Part shown: piece after piece, positions 29,637-38,415 of the stretch | Layout of the letters: the number at the start of each line of letters is the position of its first letter | Position numbering within the stretch: the first letter of the stretch is position 1 | NCBI GenBank assembly: GCA_045580735.1 | Contig: JAZNOJ010000095.1 | Location: 14,787-78,786 of the forward strand | Origin: Candidatus Egerieisoma sp. | GTDB lineage: Bacteria > Bacillota > Clostridia > UBA1212 > UBA1255 | Length of the DNA: 64,000 nucleotides | Direction: 5' to 3' | Translations under genes and position numbers: made by a program | Notes under the pieces: generated by a model | Told to the model about the DNA's origin: nothing | The model's input: only the letters and a program-made list of their open reading frames with translations | The model's database searches: none

Positions 29637-29652
29637 AAGGAGGAAATGAAGT

Positions 29653-30657
29653 ATGGTAACGGTATTAAAACCAGGAGTTACGGATGATCAAATTCAAAAT
29701 TTATGTAATTGGTTCAGCGCTAGAGGCTTAGATGTTCATATTTCAAAGGGGCATTATCAAACCATTATAGGTCTTATTGGAGATACAAAAAGAATTGATA
29801 CAGAGCTACTAGAGAGTTTGGAAATTGTAGAAACAGTAAAGACGATAAGTGAACCATTTAAAAATGCAAATAGAAAATTTCATCCGGATGATACAATAAT
29901 AGATGTCAATGGAGTTAAAATAGGCGGTGGACATTATGCCATTATTGCAGGTCCTTGTTCGGTTGAGTCTGAGGAGCAGATAATTGAGGTTGCAGTAAAA
30001 GTAAAGGCAGCAGGAGCTTCCATTTTAAGAGGTGGAGCTTTTAAACCGAGAACATCACCATATGATTTTCAGGGACTAAAGGATGAAGGAATTAAGCTAT
30101 TACTTGAGGCAAAGAAAATTACAGGAATGCCAATTATTACAGAAATAATGAATGCTAATCATCTTCCTATGTTTGAAGATGTTGATATTATTCAGGTTGG
30201 AGCAAGAAATATGCAAAATTTCGAGCTTTTAAAAGAACTTGGTAGAACTAAAAAGCCTATATTGTTAAAAAGAGGTCTTGCAAACAATCTAAAAGAGCTT
30301 TTAATGAGTGCAGAGTATATAATGGCAGGTGGAAATGAAAATATTATCCTTTGTGAAAGAGGCATAAGAACCTTTGAAACTTATACAAGAAATACTCTTG
30401 ACGTTTCTGCAATACCAATGCTACATGAGCTTTCACATTTACCTGTAGTTGCGGATCCTTCACACTCAGGTGGTATGGCGAGACTTGTTAAGCCTTTGGC
30501 ATTATCTTCTGCTGCTGCCGGAGCAGATGGACTTATGATTGAGGTGCACAACGATCCTAAAAATGCTTTATGTGATGGCGCTCAATCCCTTACACCTGAA
30601 CAATTTGCAGATGTAGCTGACAAAATCAAAAAGGTTTATGAGGTGTGTGGTTCATGA
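29653..30657 (+). CDS. aroF: 3-deoxy-7-phosphoheptulonate (DAHP) synthase, type I-beta, with N-terminal ferredoxin-like regulatory domain
   Basis: Core motifs GPCSVES, FKPRTSPYDFQG and DPSH. About 75 extra N-terminal residues match the arrangement in the Thermotoga-type Tyr/Phe-inhibited enzyme. Confidence 0.9.
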   Translation: MVTVLKPGVTDDQIQNLCNWFSARGLDVHISKGHYQTIIGLIGDTKRIDTELLESLEIVETVKTISEPFKNANRKFHPDDTIIDVNGVKIGGGHYAIIAGPCSVESEEQIIEVAVKVKAAGASILRGGAFKPRTSPYDFQGLKDEGIKLLLEAKKITGMPIITEIMNANHLPMFEDVDIIQVGARNMQNFELLKELGRTKKPILLKRGLANNLKELLMSAEYIMAGGNENIILCERGIRTFETYTRNTLDVSAIPMLHELSHLPVVADPSHSGGMARLVKPLALSSAAAGADGLMIEVHNDPKNALCDGAQSLTPEQFADVADKIKKVYEVCGS

Positions 30658-31484
30658 CAGTCGGAATCGTTGGATTAGGACTTATTGGGGGATCTTTTGC
30701 TAAGGCTTATAAAGAAGCAGGTTGGAATGTATATGTTCATGATATAGATGATGCAATGTTGGAATTTGCTAAACTAAAGGGCGTCGTTGATGATCCGCTT
30801 GATAAAGACAATATAGAACAATGTGACTTAATCCTTGTGTGTATTTATCCCAATGCAGCCATTGAATACATTGATGAAATGGGTAAGTATATTTCAAAAA
30901 ATACCTTCGTTGTAGATTGCTGTGGTACAAAGGAAAAAATATGTGATGTGTATTTTGCTGAAGCTGCGAAGTATGGCTTTACCTATGTAGGAGGTCATCC
31001 TATGGCAGGAACTCAATATTCAGGCTTCAAATTTAGCAAACCAGATTTGTTTAAAGGTGCATATATGGTACTTGTTCCTCCAATATGTGATGATATGGCA
31101 TTTTTTGATAAATTAAAAGAATTACTTTCTCCTGCAGGCTTTGGGCATTATTCAATTATCTCTGCACAGGAGCATGATAAGATAATAGCATTTACATCAC
31201 AGCTTGCACACGTTGTATCGAATGCATATATAAAAAGTCCAACGGCACGTATTCATAAAGGCTTTTCAGCAGGAAGCTATAGGGATCTCACTCGGGTTGC
31301 GTGGCTCAATGAAGATATGTGGTCGGAGCTTTGCATGGAAAATAGGGATAATATGATTAGTGAATTAGATATTATTATAAAAGAATTATGCAAATACAAA
31401 GCTGCATTAGAATCTGAAGATAAAGCAAAATTGAAATCCCTATTTGCTGATGGTAAAAAAATTAAATATGAAATAGATGGATGA
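30654..31484 (+). CDS. tyrA: prephenate dehydrogenase
   Basis: NAD fingerprint IVGLGLIGGS and the GGHPMAG motif. An ATGA overlap with the aroF stop suggests translational coupling. The ORF-track GTG 30645 is less likely. Confidence 0.88.
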   Translation: MTVGIVGLGLIGGSFAKAYKEAGWNVYVHDIDDAMLEFAKLKGVVDDPLDKDNIEQCDLILVCIYPNAAIEYIDEMGKYISKNTFVVDCCGTKEKICDVYFAEAAKYGFTYVGGHPMAGTQYSGFKFSKPDLFKGAYMVLVPPICDDMAFFDKLKELLSPAGFGHYSIISAQEHDKIIAFTSQLAHVVSNAYIKSPTARIHKGFSAGSYRDLTRVAWLNEDMWSELCMENRDNMISELDIIIKELCKYKAALESEDKAKLKSLFADGKKIKYEIDG

Positions 31485-31537
31485 ATTTAATTTTATGAAA
31501 AAGCTTCTTAAAATTTTTAGGAAAATTTTTGAAAAAA

Positions 31538-31578
31538 TTGTATTCTGTTTATATTATGTGTTATAATTAGGATAATTA
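31538..31578 (+). promoter_or_regulatory. candidate dfx promoter (TTGTAT, 18 nt, extended -10 TGtTATAAT) overlapped by a PerR/Fur-like 7-1-7 element
   Basis: The -10 TATAAT is at 31562..31567 and is preceded by TGT. TTATAATTAGGATAA (31561..31575) matches 12 of the 14 specified positions of the Bacillus PerR-box consensus TTATAATnATTATAA. The AT-rich context makes chance matches easy. Confidence 0.35.
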
Positions 31579-31599
31579 TTTTGAAAGGCGGTTCTTTTT

Positions 31600-32220
31600 A
31601 TGAAACAAAGATTTTTTATATGTAAGCATTGTGGTAATATTTTAGCTATGGTAAAAGATAAGGGTATGCCTGTTTTATGCTGTGGAGAAATAATGTCAGA
31701 GATAATTCCGGGAAGTACAGATGCATCAACAGAAAAGCACATTCCCGTTTTTACTATAGACAAAAATAAGGTGTATGTTGTTGTGGGTGAGGTTGAGCAT
31801 CCTATGACCGATGAGCATTACATAGAATGGATATCAATTCAAACAAAACAGGGAAATCAACGAAAATGTCTTTTACCTTCAGATAAGCCTGTGGCATGCT
31901 TCTCAATATGCGATGGAGACGAGGTAGAAGCTGTATATGCATATTGTAACTTACATAGTTTATGGGTTTCTGAAAATAAGATTGAACCAGTGTGTGACTT
32001 GAAACCACTTGATACAAATTCTATTGAAAATTATGTAATATGTAAATGTAATGATGTTTCTTATTTTGATATATTAGATGCGGTGCATCGTGAAACAAAT
32101 ATAAATAGTCTTCTGTCAGTTTTTGACAAAGTAAAAAATACAACACACTGCTCTACCGGCTGTGGAGGTTGCTATAACAAGGTAATTGCTGTTATATCGG
32201 AAGAAATGAATAGAAAATAA
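31600..32220 (+). CDS. dfx: desulfoferrodoxin (2Fe superoxide reductase) fused to a C-terminal BFD-like [2Fe-2S]-binding domain
   Basis: N-terminal desulforedoxin-type CKHCGN...LCCG. SOR centre II ligands lie in EKHIPV, HPMTDEHYIEW and CNLHSLW. The extra C-terminal 80 aa carry CKC...CSTGCGGC, the Fer2_BFD cysteine pattern. Confidence 0.8.
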   Translation: MKQRFFICKHCGNILAMVKDKGMPVLCCGEIMSEIIPGSTDASTEKHIPVFTIDKNKVYVVVGEVEHPMTDEHYIEWISIQTKQGNQRKCLLPSDKPVACFSICDGDEVEAVYAYCNLHSLWVSENKIEPVCDLKPLDTNSIENYVICKCNDVSYFDILDAVHRETNINSLLSVFDKVKNTTHCSTGCGGCYNKVIAVISEEMNRK

Positions 32221-32225
32221 GCTTC

Positions 32226-32266
32226 AAAGAGCTTTCTCTTAAAATTGAGAAAGCTCTTTTTTATTT
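32226..32266 (+). terminator. rho-independent terminator after dfx
   Basis: AAAGAGCTTTCTC (32226..32238) pairs perfectly with GAGAAAGCTCTTT (32247..32259), giving 13 bp and an 8-nt loop, then TTTATTT. Confidence 0.9.
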
Positions 32267-32336
32267 GTTGCGAAGAAAAAGGATTTGGGGTAAAATAATA
32301 TAATAATTTTTATTATTTACAAAAGGAGTACTTATT

Positions 32337-33575
32337 ATGATATCAGAAAATATTAAGAATAAATTTATCGAAGCAGGTCAGGAACATTTATTCAAATACG
32401 AAAATGAATTAGATGAATCTCAGCAAAAATCCTTAGAAGCACAGCTAAGTAATATTAATCTAGATTTAATTACTAGATTATACAATCAAACTAAGCAAAA
32501 GGTAGCTGAAACAAACTTAAATATTGAACCGGTTAGCTGTGATTTGAAGCAAAATTGGAGTGAAGATACAAGAAAAAAATATGCTCATACAGGTGAAGAA
32601 CTAATCAAAAGCGGAAAATATGCAGTTGTAACTATGGCAGGTGGACAGGGAACCAGATTAGGACATGACGGACCAAAAGGTACGTTTTATGTTAATGTTC
32701 CTGAGCACATATCTTTATTTGAAATACAATGTAACAGATTAAAAAAAGCAAATGAAGCATATAAATGTATAATACCATGGTATATTATGACTAGTGAAGA
32801 AAATAACGCTGCAACGATAGCCTTCTTTGAAGAAAATAATTACTTTGGGTATCCAAAAGAAAACATTTACTTTTTTAAACAATATATGCTTCCAATGATT
32901 GATGTAAACGGAAAAATTATACTTGATGAAAAGCACAAAATTAAAGAAGGTGCTGATGGTCACGGTGGTATTTTTAGGGCAATCATCGGCAGAGGTATTC
33001 TAGATGACATGAAAAAAAGAGGTGTAGAATGGATTTTTACATGTGGAATTGACAATATTTTAGTTCGTCCTGCTGATGCAGAGTTTATTGGATTTGTTGC
33101 GGCATCAGGATATAAATTAGGAGGAAAGTCACTTGTAAAAAGAGATGCTTATGAAAAGGCAGGTGTATTCTGTAAGAAAAATTCCAGAGCTTCTGTAGTA
33201 GAATATACTGAAATACCTAAGGAATTGGCAGAACTAAAAAATGAATCAGGCCAGTTTGTGTACGCAGATGCACATATTTTATGTAATCTTTTCCATGTTG
33301 ATGTATTTGGTAAAATGGGTGGAGAAGGACTTCCTTATCATGAGGCATTTAAGAAGGCTCCATATATTAATGAAAACGGTGAAAGAATTATACCGGAAGA
33401 GCCAAATGCTTATAAGTTCGAAGCATTTATATTTGACGCTTTTGAGTATTATGAGGATATGGGAATATTGAGAGTTGAAAGAAATAAAGAATTTGCACCT
33501 ATCAAAAATAAAACAGGAGAGGATAGTCCTGAATCAGCACAAAAATTATATCTCGATGATATAGCGGAGGAATAA
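32337..33575 (+). CDS. UDPGP-family UDP-sugar (UDP-N-acetylhexosamine-type) pyrophosphorylase
   Basis: Glycine-rich loop MAGGQGTRLGHDGPKG and overall UAP1-like layout. Length is 412 aa. Confidence 0.75.
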   Translation: MISENIKNKFIEAGQEHLFKYENELDESQQKSLEAQLSNINLDLITRLYNQTKQKVAETNLNIEPVSCDLKQNWSEDTRKKYAHTGEELIKSGKYAVVTMAGGQGTRLGHDGPKGTFYVNVPEHISLFEIQCNRLKKANEAYKCIIPWYIMTSEENNAATIAFFEENNYFGYPKENIYFFKQYMLPMIDVNGKIILDEKHKIKEGADGHGGIFRAIIGRGILDDMKKRGVEWIFTCGIDNILVRPADAEFIGFVAASGYKLGGKSLVKRDAYEKAGVFCKKNSRASVVEYTEIPKELAELKNESGQFVYADAHILCNLFHVDVFGKMGGEGLPYHEAFKKAPYINENGERIIPEEPNAYKFEAFIFDAFEYYEDMGILRVERNKEFAPIKNKTGEDSPESAQKLYLDDIAEE

Positions 33576-33580
33576 TCAGC

Positions 33581-34240
33581 ATGAATAAAGGTCGTAATAT
33601 AATGCTGATTCTCTGTTGCTTGCTTGTGATAGGTTGTCTTACTTTTTTTGCTAGAACAAAGGCAAGCAATGCTTCTGCTGTAGTGGATGATGTAAGGTAC
33701 GTTCTTAAAAGCTCGGAAAATGATGTTAAAAATTATGAGTTTTATTTTACAGATGATGTAGTAATGACAGGTACCTTACATTCAGACAAGGAGGCTTCAA
33801 CGCTGTATTTATATATTAGAGGCGAATATGATGAAACACTGGCTGATTATTACACGGATTCGTATGAATATTATTATGTAATAAAAGGTGATTCGAGGGA
33901 TAATGCAACAGTGGAGTGGTTTGTTGATGAAAATGCAGAATCACTTGAAAATGCAACAGTTTATCCTGATTCACCATATGAGAGATTTACTGAGAATGTG
34001 TTTGTTTCAATGCTGTTTGGTACTGAAGCATATATTTCAATTTCGCAAGCCTTTATTGTGGGTTTGTTAGCCTTTTTAGGAGGTATTATTATTTTAAAGG
34101 CAGAAGAGCTGTGGCATATTATTTATAGAAAAAAAGAGGATGATACGCCTGCATGGAAGGATATGAACGGAATTAAAAGAGTAGGTATTGGCATATTAAT
34201 ATTTGCGGCAGTGTTGTTAATTGTCTTTATTGTTATTTAA
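33581..34240 (+). CDS. hypothetical membrane protein (N-terminal signal anchor, extracytoplasmic Tyr/Asp-rich domain, two C-terminal TM helices)
   Basis: Based on hydrophobicity pattern only. No motif was recognised. Confidence 0.4.
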   Translation: MNKGRNIMLILCCLLVIGCLTFFARTKASNASAVVDDVRYVLKSSENDVKNYEFYFTDDVVMTGTLHSDKEASTLYLYIRGEYDETLADYYTDSYEYYYVIKGDSRDNATVEWFVDENAESLENATVYPDSPYERFTENVFVSMLFGTEAYISISQAFIVGLLAFLGGIIILKAEELWHIIYRKKEDDTPAWKDMNGIKRVGIGILIFAAVLLIVFIVI

Positions 34241-34263
34241 TTTATGTTAAAGGAGTAATTTTT

Positions 34264-35793
34264 GTGACTGTAAAAAGACGTATCTTTATTTCAAATATAA
34301 TAATGCTTGTAGTATTGCTTATGCTTGTATTGGTTTTGGCATTTTATATTATGAAGGTGCTTCTTTTTACATATATTCAAAATGATGTTAAAAGCTTAAA
34401 TATTCCAGGTGATAATGTTTCTTCGGTTTCTGTATACGAGCTTCAAATATTGTTCGATGGAATAATTGATATAACAAATGAAGCTGGTGCTGAAATACAA
34501 AAGCACGAGGATTTTGAGCTTATAGATGAATATATTACAAAAACTGATTCAAAGTGCTATGTGATAATTAATAATAATATCTCATATATAAAAGGTGGAG
34601 ATTCTGTTGAGGATTTATATTATTTAGCATCTCAAGCAAATGGATCAATAAATCAAAATGAAGATATAGTTTTTTATTCTGATGCAAGCTCATTTATATA
34701 TATGTCTAATTATAAAACATCAAATGGAGAGACAGCGGAGGTTTTACTTTATAACTTAAAGCTAGGCACAAATGGATTTAGAAATGAAAATAGCAAGTAT
34801 TGGAAGGAAGCAACGAATAACGTATATGATGCAGTTCAAACAGTATCTATACTAGGCTGTGGAATTATAATAATTGTTGGCATAGTTTTGATGATAGCAT
34901 TATCTAAAAGCATAATGAAGCCACTAAACAAACTTAAAGAAGCAACTAAAAATATAAGTGAAGGAAATTTAGACTTTGAAATAGATTATTCCGGCAGTGA
35001 TGAAATCTCAGAGGTGCTAAGGGATTTTGAAATAATGAGGGAAAATCTTCTCGAATTAAACGAAAAACAAAAAGAATATGAAGAAGATAGAAAAGAAATG
35101 ATAGCGGGTATTTCGCACGATTTGAGAACGCCGCTAACATCTATAAAAGGATATGTTTCAGGTTTGATTGATGGTATTGCGGATTCTCCGGAAAAAAGAC
35201 AAAAATATCTAACAACAATATATAATACTGCAGTTGAAATGGATAAATTAGTAGACGATCTTTTCTTATTTTCAAAACTCGATTTGGATAAGATTCCATT
35301 TGATTTTGAGCATGTTGAGCTTGGAAATTATATGAGTCAGTGCTGTGAGGAAATTCGTTTTTCTATGGAAAAGAAAAAAATGAGCATGACATTTGTAAAT
35401 CTATATAAAGAAGACATATATGTTCAATTAGATAGAGACCAATTTGCAAGGGTACTAATAAATATAGCAGAAAACAGTGCAAAATATAAGAAAAATGAAA
35501 TAGGTAGCTTTTATGTTACACTTTCAAAGGCTGAAAACGAAGCTGTTATTTCATTGAAGGATGACGGTCAAGGCATAGATTCAAGCCTGGCAGGGAAAAT
35601 ATTTGATTCATTTTACAGGAATGACCCTGCAAGAACGAATCCTATAAAGGGAAGTGGATTGGGATTATCTATTGCTAAACAGATTGTTTCCAGTCATGGT
35701 GGCAGAATATGGGCAGAAAGTAATCTGGGAGAGGGATTGACTGTCTTTATAAGCCTTCCAACGGACGGCGAGATTATTAAAAGCAAGGGGTGA
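34264..35793 (+). CDS. sensor histidine kinase (two TM helices, periplasmic-type sensor domain, HAMP, HisKA, HATPase_c)
   Basis: H-box SHDLRTPLTSI and G2-box GSGLGLSIAK. The start is GTG, with AAGGAG upstream. Confidence 0.88.
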   Translation: MTVKRRIFISNIIMLVVLLMLVLVLAFYIMKVLLFTYIQNDVKSLNIPGDNVSSVSVYELQILFDGIIDITNEAGAEIQKHEDFELIDEYITKTDSKCYVIINNNISYIKGGDSVEDLYYLASQANGSINQNEDIVFYSDASSFIYMSNYKTSNGETAEVLLYNLKLGTNGFRNENSKYWKEATNNVYDAVQTVSILGCGIIIIVGIVLMIALSKSIMKPLNKLKEATKNISEGNLDFEIDYSGSDEISEVLRDFEIMRENLLELNEKQKEYEEDRKEMIAGISHDLRTPLTSIKGYVSGLIDGIADSPEKRQKYLTTIYNTAVEMDKLVDDLFLFSKLDLDKIPFDFEHVELGNYMSQCCEEIRFSMEKKKMSMTFVNLYKEDIYVQLDRDQFARVLINIAENSAKYKKNEIGSFYVTLSKAENEAVISLKDDGQGIDSSLAGKIFDSFYRNDPARTNPIKGSGLGLSIAKQIVSSHGGRIWAESNLGEGLTVFISLPTDGEIIKSKG

Positions 35794-36509
35794 TTTGTTT
35801 GGAAAACAAAAAAATATTGATTATTGAAGATGATGAAAATATATCTGCACTTGAAAGAGATTATCTAGAGGCAAACGGTTACTTAACACAAGCTGAATAC
35901 AATGGAAATGAAGGCTTAAAGGCTGCAATGGAAAATGAGTATTCTTGCATTATCATTGATATTATGCTTCCAGGTATCGATGGCTTTGAAATTTGTAGAA
36001 GCATTCGGAAGGAAAAGGATGTTCCTATAATTATAGTTACTGCAAAAAAAGAGGATATTGATAAAATCAGAGGCTTAGGATTAGGTGCTGATGATTATAT
36101 GGTAAAGCCATTTAGCCCAAGTGAGCTTGTTGCTAGAGTGAATGCCCATATTAGCAGATATGAAAGACTTGTTTCTAAATTGACTATGCCTACAGAAAAA
36201 GAATCTGGCATTGTAGAAATTGGTGGCATGAAAATTGAAAAACTAGCAAGGCGTGTTTATTTAGATGGTAAGGAAATTATACTTTCAAATAAAGAGTTTG
36301 AGGTATTACTTTTTTTAGCATCGAATCCAAATGTGGTTTTTAGCAGAGATCAATTATTAGATAGAATATGGGGAATTGATTCTTTTGGTGAAACATCTAC
36401 CGTAACTGTGCATATAAATAAATTAAGAGAGAAGATAGAAAAAGATATGTCGAAACCGGAATACATAGAAACTGTATGGGGTGCAGGATATCGTTTTAGA
36501 CAAATTTGA
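35790..36509 (+). CDS. OmpR/PhoB-family response regulator
   Basis: Receiver motifs ILIIEDDE, DIMLPGIDG and KPF. The winged helix ends in VWGAGYRF. The start is either GTG 35790 (overlapping the kinase stop) or TTG 35799. Confidence 0.88.
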   Translation: MICLENKKILIIEDDENISALERDYLEANGYLTQAEYNGNEGLKAAMENEYSCIIIDIMLPGIDGFEICRSIRKEKDVPIIIVTAKKEDIDKIRGLGLGADDYMVKPFSPSELVARVNAHISRYERLVSKLTMPTEKESGIVEIGGMKIEKLARRVYLDGKEIILSNKEFEVLLFLASNPNVVFSRDQLLDRIWGIDSFGETSTVTVHINKLREKIEKDMSKPEYIETVWGAGYRFRQI

Positions 36510-36522
36510 TGGAGTGTAAAAT

Positions 36523-37485
36523 ATGAATGAGAAGCATACAGTTTGCCTTTCTAAAATTATAAGAGATCAAAACCTTGAGATTTTATGCTGTGAGGATGAA
36601 ATAAATAAGGTTTTTATAGATGGACCTGATATAAACAGACCAGGACTTGAACTTGCAGGTTATGCGGATAATTTTGCAAACGATAGGATTCAATTAATGG
36701 GTAATGTCGAGATGCAATATTTGTATTCTTTAGAAGATTCTGATAGATATGATAGAATGGAAAGACTTTTCAAAATAGGTTTTCCTTGTATAATAATTGC
36801 AAGAAAAATGCAACCATGTAAGGATATGCTTAAAATAGCAACACAGTACAAAATTCCTGTTTTAAGAACAGAAGAAACAACAACTTCTTTTCATAGTGAG
36901 CTTAATAGATACTTATGCGTTCAGCTTGCACCGAGAGAAACCGTTCATGCGTGCTTTATAGAGGTTTATGGAGAGGGTGTTTTGATAACCGGAAATAGTG
37001 GTGTAGGTAAAAGCGAAACTGCCTTAGAGCTTGTAAAAAGAGGTCATAGACTTGTTGCAGATGATATTGTTGAAATTAGGCGAGTATCAAATAAAACACT
37101 TGTTGGAACAGCACCGGAAATTATAAGGCATTTGTTAGAAATACGTGGAATCGGTTTTCTTGATGTTAAAAGATTGTATGGTGTAGGAGCTGTAAAAATG
37201 ACGGAAAATATCCAGCTTGTTGTTCACCTAGAAAGATGGGAAGCAGGTATAGAATATGATAGAGTCGGAATAGATGATCATTTTACTAATATACTTGGTA
37301 TTGACATACCATCTGTTAAAATTCCGGTAATGCCAGGAAGAAATCTTGCAATCATTATAGAAGTTGCAGCAATGAATAACAGACAAAAGATGATGGGATA
37401 TAATGCAGCTAAGGAGCTCAATAAAAGAGTGTTTGAAAATACTAATGACAAAGAAGAACAAGATGATAATTTGTTTTTCTATTAA
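36523..37485 (+). CDS. hprK: HPr kinase/phosphorylase
   Basis: Walker A GNSGVGKSETALELVKRGHRLVADD and the signature LEIRGIG. Confidence 0.93.
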   Translation: MNEKHTVCLSKIIRDQNLEILCCEDEINKVFIDGPDINRPGLELAGYADNFANDRIQLMGNVEMQYLYSLEDSDRYDRMERLFKIGFPCIIIARKMQPCKDMLKIATQYKIPVLRTEETTTSFHSELNRYLCVQLAPRETVHACFIEVYGEGVLITGNSGVGKSETALELVKRGHRLVADDIVEIRRVSNKTLVGTAPEIIRHLLEIRGIGFLDVKRLYGVGAVKMTENIQLVVHLERWEAGIEYDRVGIDDHFTNILGIDIPSVKIPVMPGRNLAIIIEVAAMNNRQKMMGYNAAKELNKRVFENTNDKEEQDDNLFFY

Positions 37486-37499
37486 TTGTAGGGGGATTT

Positions 37500-38414
37500 A
37501 TGTATCAAGAGCTTATAAAAATATTGGGGAATCAAAACGTCTATTTGAACGAGCCTTTAAAAAAACATTCTACATTTAGAATAGGTGGAAATGCAGATAT
37601 TTTTGTCACACCTGTAAATGTAGAGCAAATTTCTATGCTATTTGATTTTATAAATAAAAAATCTGTACCATTTATTGTTATAGGAAACGGAAGTAACATA
37701 CTTTTTAGTGATAAAGGATTTCGTGGAATAGTGGTCAAACTAGGAAGCGAATTTACTGAATTGTCTCATTCTGAAGCTAAAGAGGGAATTATAATTAAAG
37801 CATCGGCCGGTACATTATTGTCACGCTTGGCTAATTATGCATTGGAGTTAAGCTTGACCGGTTTAGAATTTGCTTCGGGTATTCCAGGTAGTGTTGGAGG
37901 CGCAATATTAATGAATGCCGGTGCATATGGCGGTGAAATATCACAGGTTTTGGTACGCAGTGAATATTATTCCTTTGACAGTAAAGAAATAGTAACAAAA
38001 AGTTATGAAAAGCATGATTTTGGTTATAGACACTCATCGTATGAAAATGACGGAGGTATAATTTTATCCGGAGAGTTTTTGTTAAAAAAAGGTGATAAGA
38101 ATGAAATACAATCTACAATGAGAGAGCTAAATGCCTGTAGAGCAGAAAAACAGCCTGTAGGTATTCCAAGTGCAGGTAGTACATTCAAAAGACCGGAGGG
38201 TTATTTTGCGGGGAAGCTTATTGAGGATGCGGGCTTGAAAGGTTTTAGAATCGGAGATGCCATGGTTTCTGACAAGCATTGTGGTTTTGTTGTTAACGTT
38301 GGAAATGCTACTTGTGATGATGTAATCAATGTGATAAAATATGTACAAGAGACTGTTTTAAAAGAGAATAATGTTTTTCTTGAGACAGAAGTAAAAATTA
38401 TCGGAGAATTGTAA
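37500..38414 (+). CDS. murB: UDP-N-acetylenolpyruvoylglucosamine reductase
   Basis: Typical MurB layout with an FAD-binding domain (TFRIGG, GNGSN). Length is 304 aa. Confidence 0.9.
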   Translation: MYQELIKILGNQNVYLNEPLKKHSTFRIGGNADIFVTPVNVEQISMLFDFINKKSVPFIVIGNGSNILFSDKGFRGIVVKLGSEFTELSHSEAKEGIIIKASAGTLLSRLANYALELSLTGLEFASGIPGSVGGAILMNAGAYGGEISQVLVRSEYYSFDSKEIVTKSYEKHDFGYRHSSYENDGGIILSGEFLLKKGDKNEIQSTMRELNACRAEKQPVGIPSAGSTFKRPEGYFAGKLIEDAGLKGFRIGDAMVSDKHCGFVVNVGNATCDDVINVIKYVQETVLKENNVFLETEVKIIGEL

Positions 38415-38415
38415 G

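Noticed and set aside
29440-29640. The aroF leader considered as a T-box or other riboswitch.
   Set aside because: I saw no T-box sequence (AAnnnGGGTGGTACCGCG-like), no specifier-loop architecture and no recognisable riboswitch core. The translated Y/F-rich ORF plus mutually exclusive pairings explain the region better.
31541-31560. A dif-like core (TATATTATGTG) resembling the Firmicute XerCD site.
   Set aside because: Only the central 9-10 nt match and the flanking arms do not. The location inside a promoter makes coincidence in AT-rich sequence more likely.
31495-31566. A small ORF encoding a cationic amphipathic 23-mer (MKKLLKIFRKIFEKIVFCLYYVL) between tyrA and dfx; it is reminiscent of a small toxin or membrane peptide.
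   Set aside because: It has no convincing Shine-Dalgarno sequence. It overlaps the predicted dfx promoter and ends inside the -10 box. Such ORFs arise easily in AT-rich DNA. It is worth checking only if ribosome profiling data exist.
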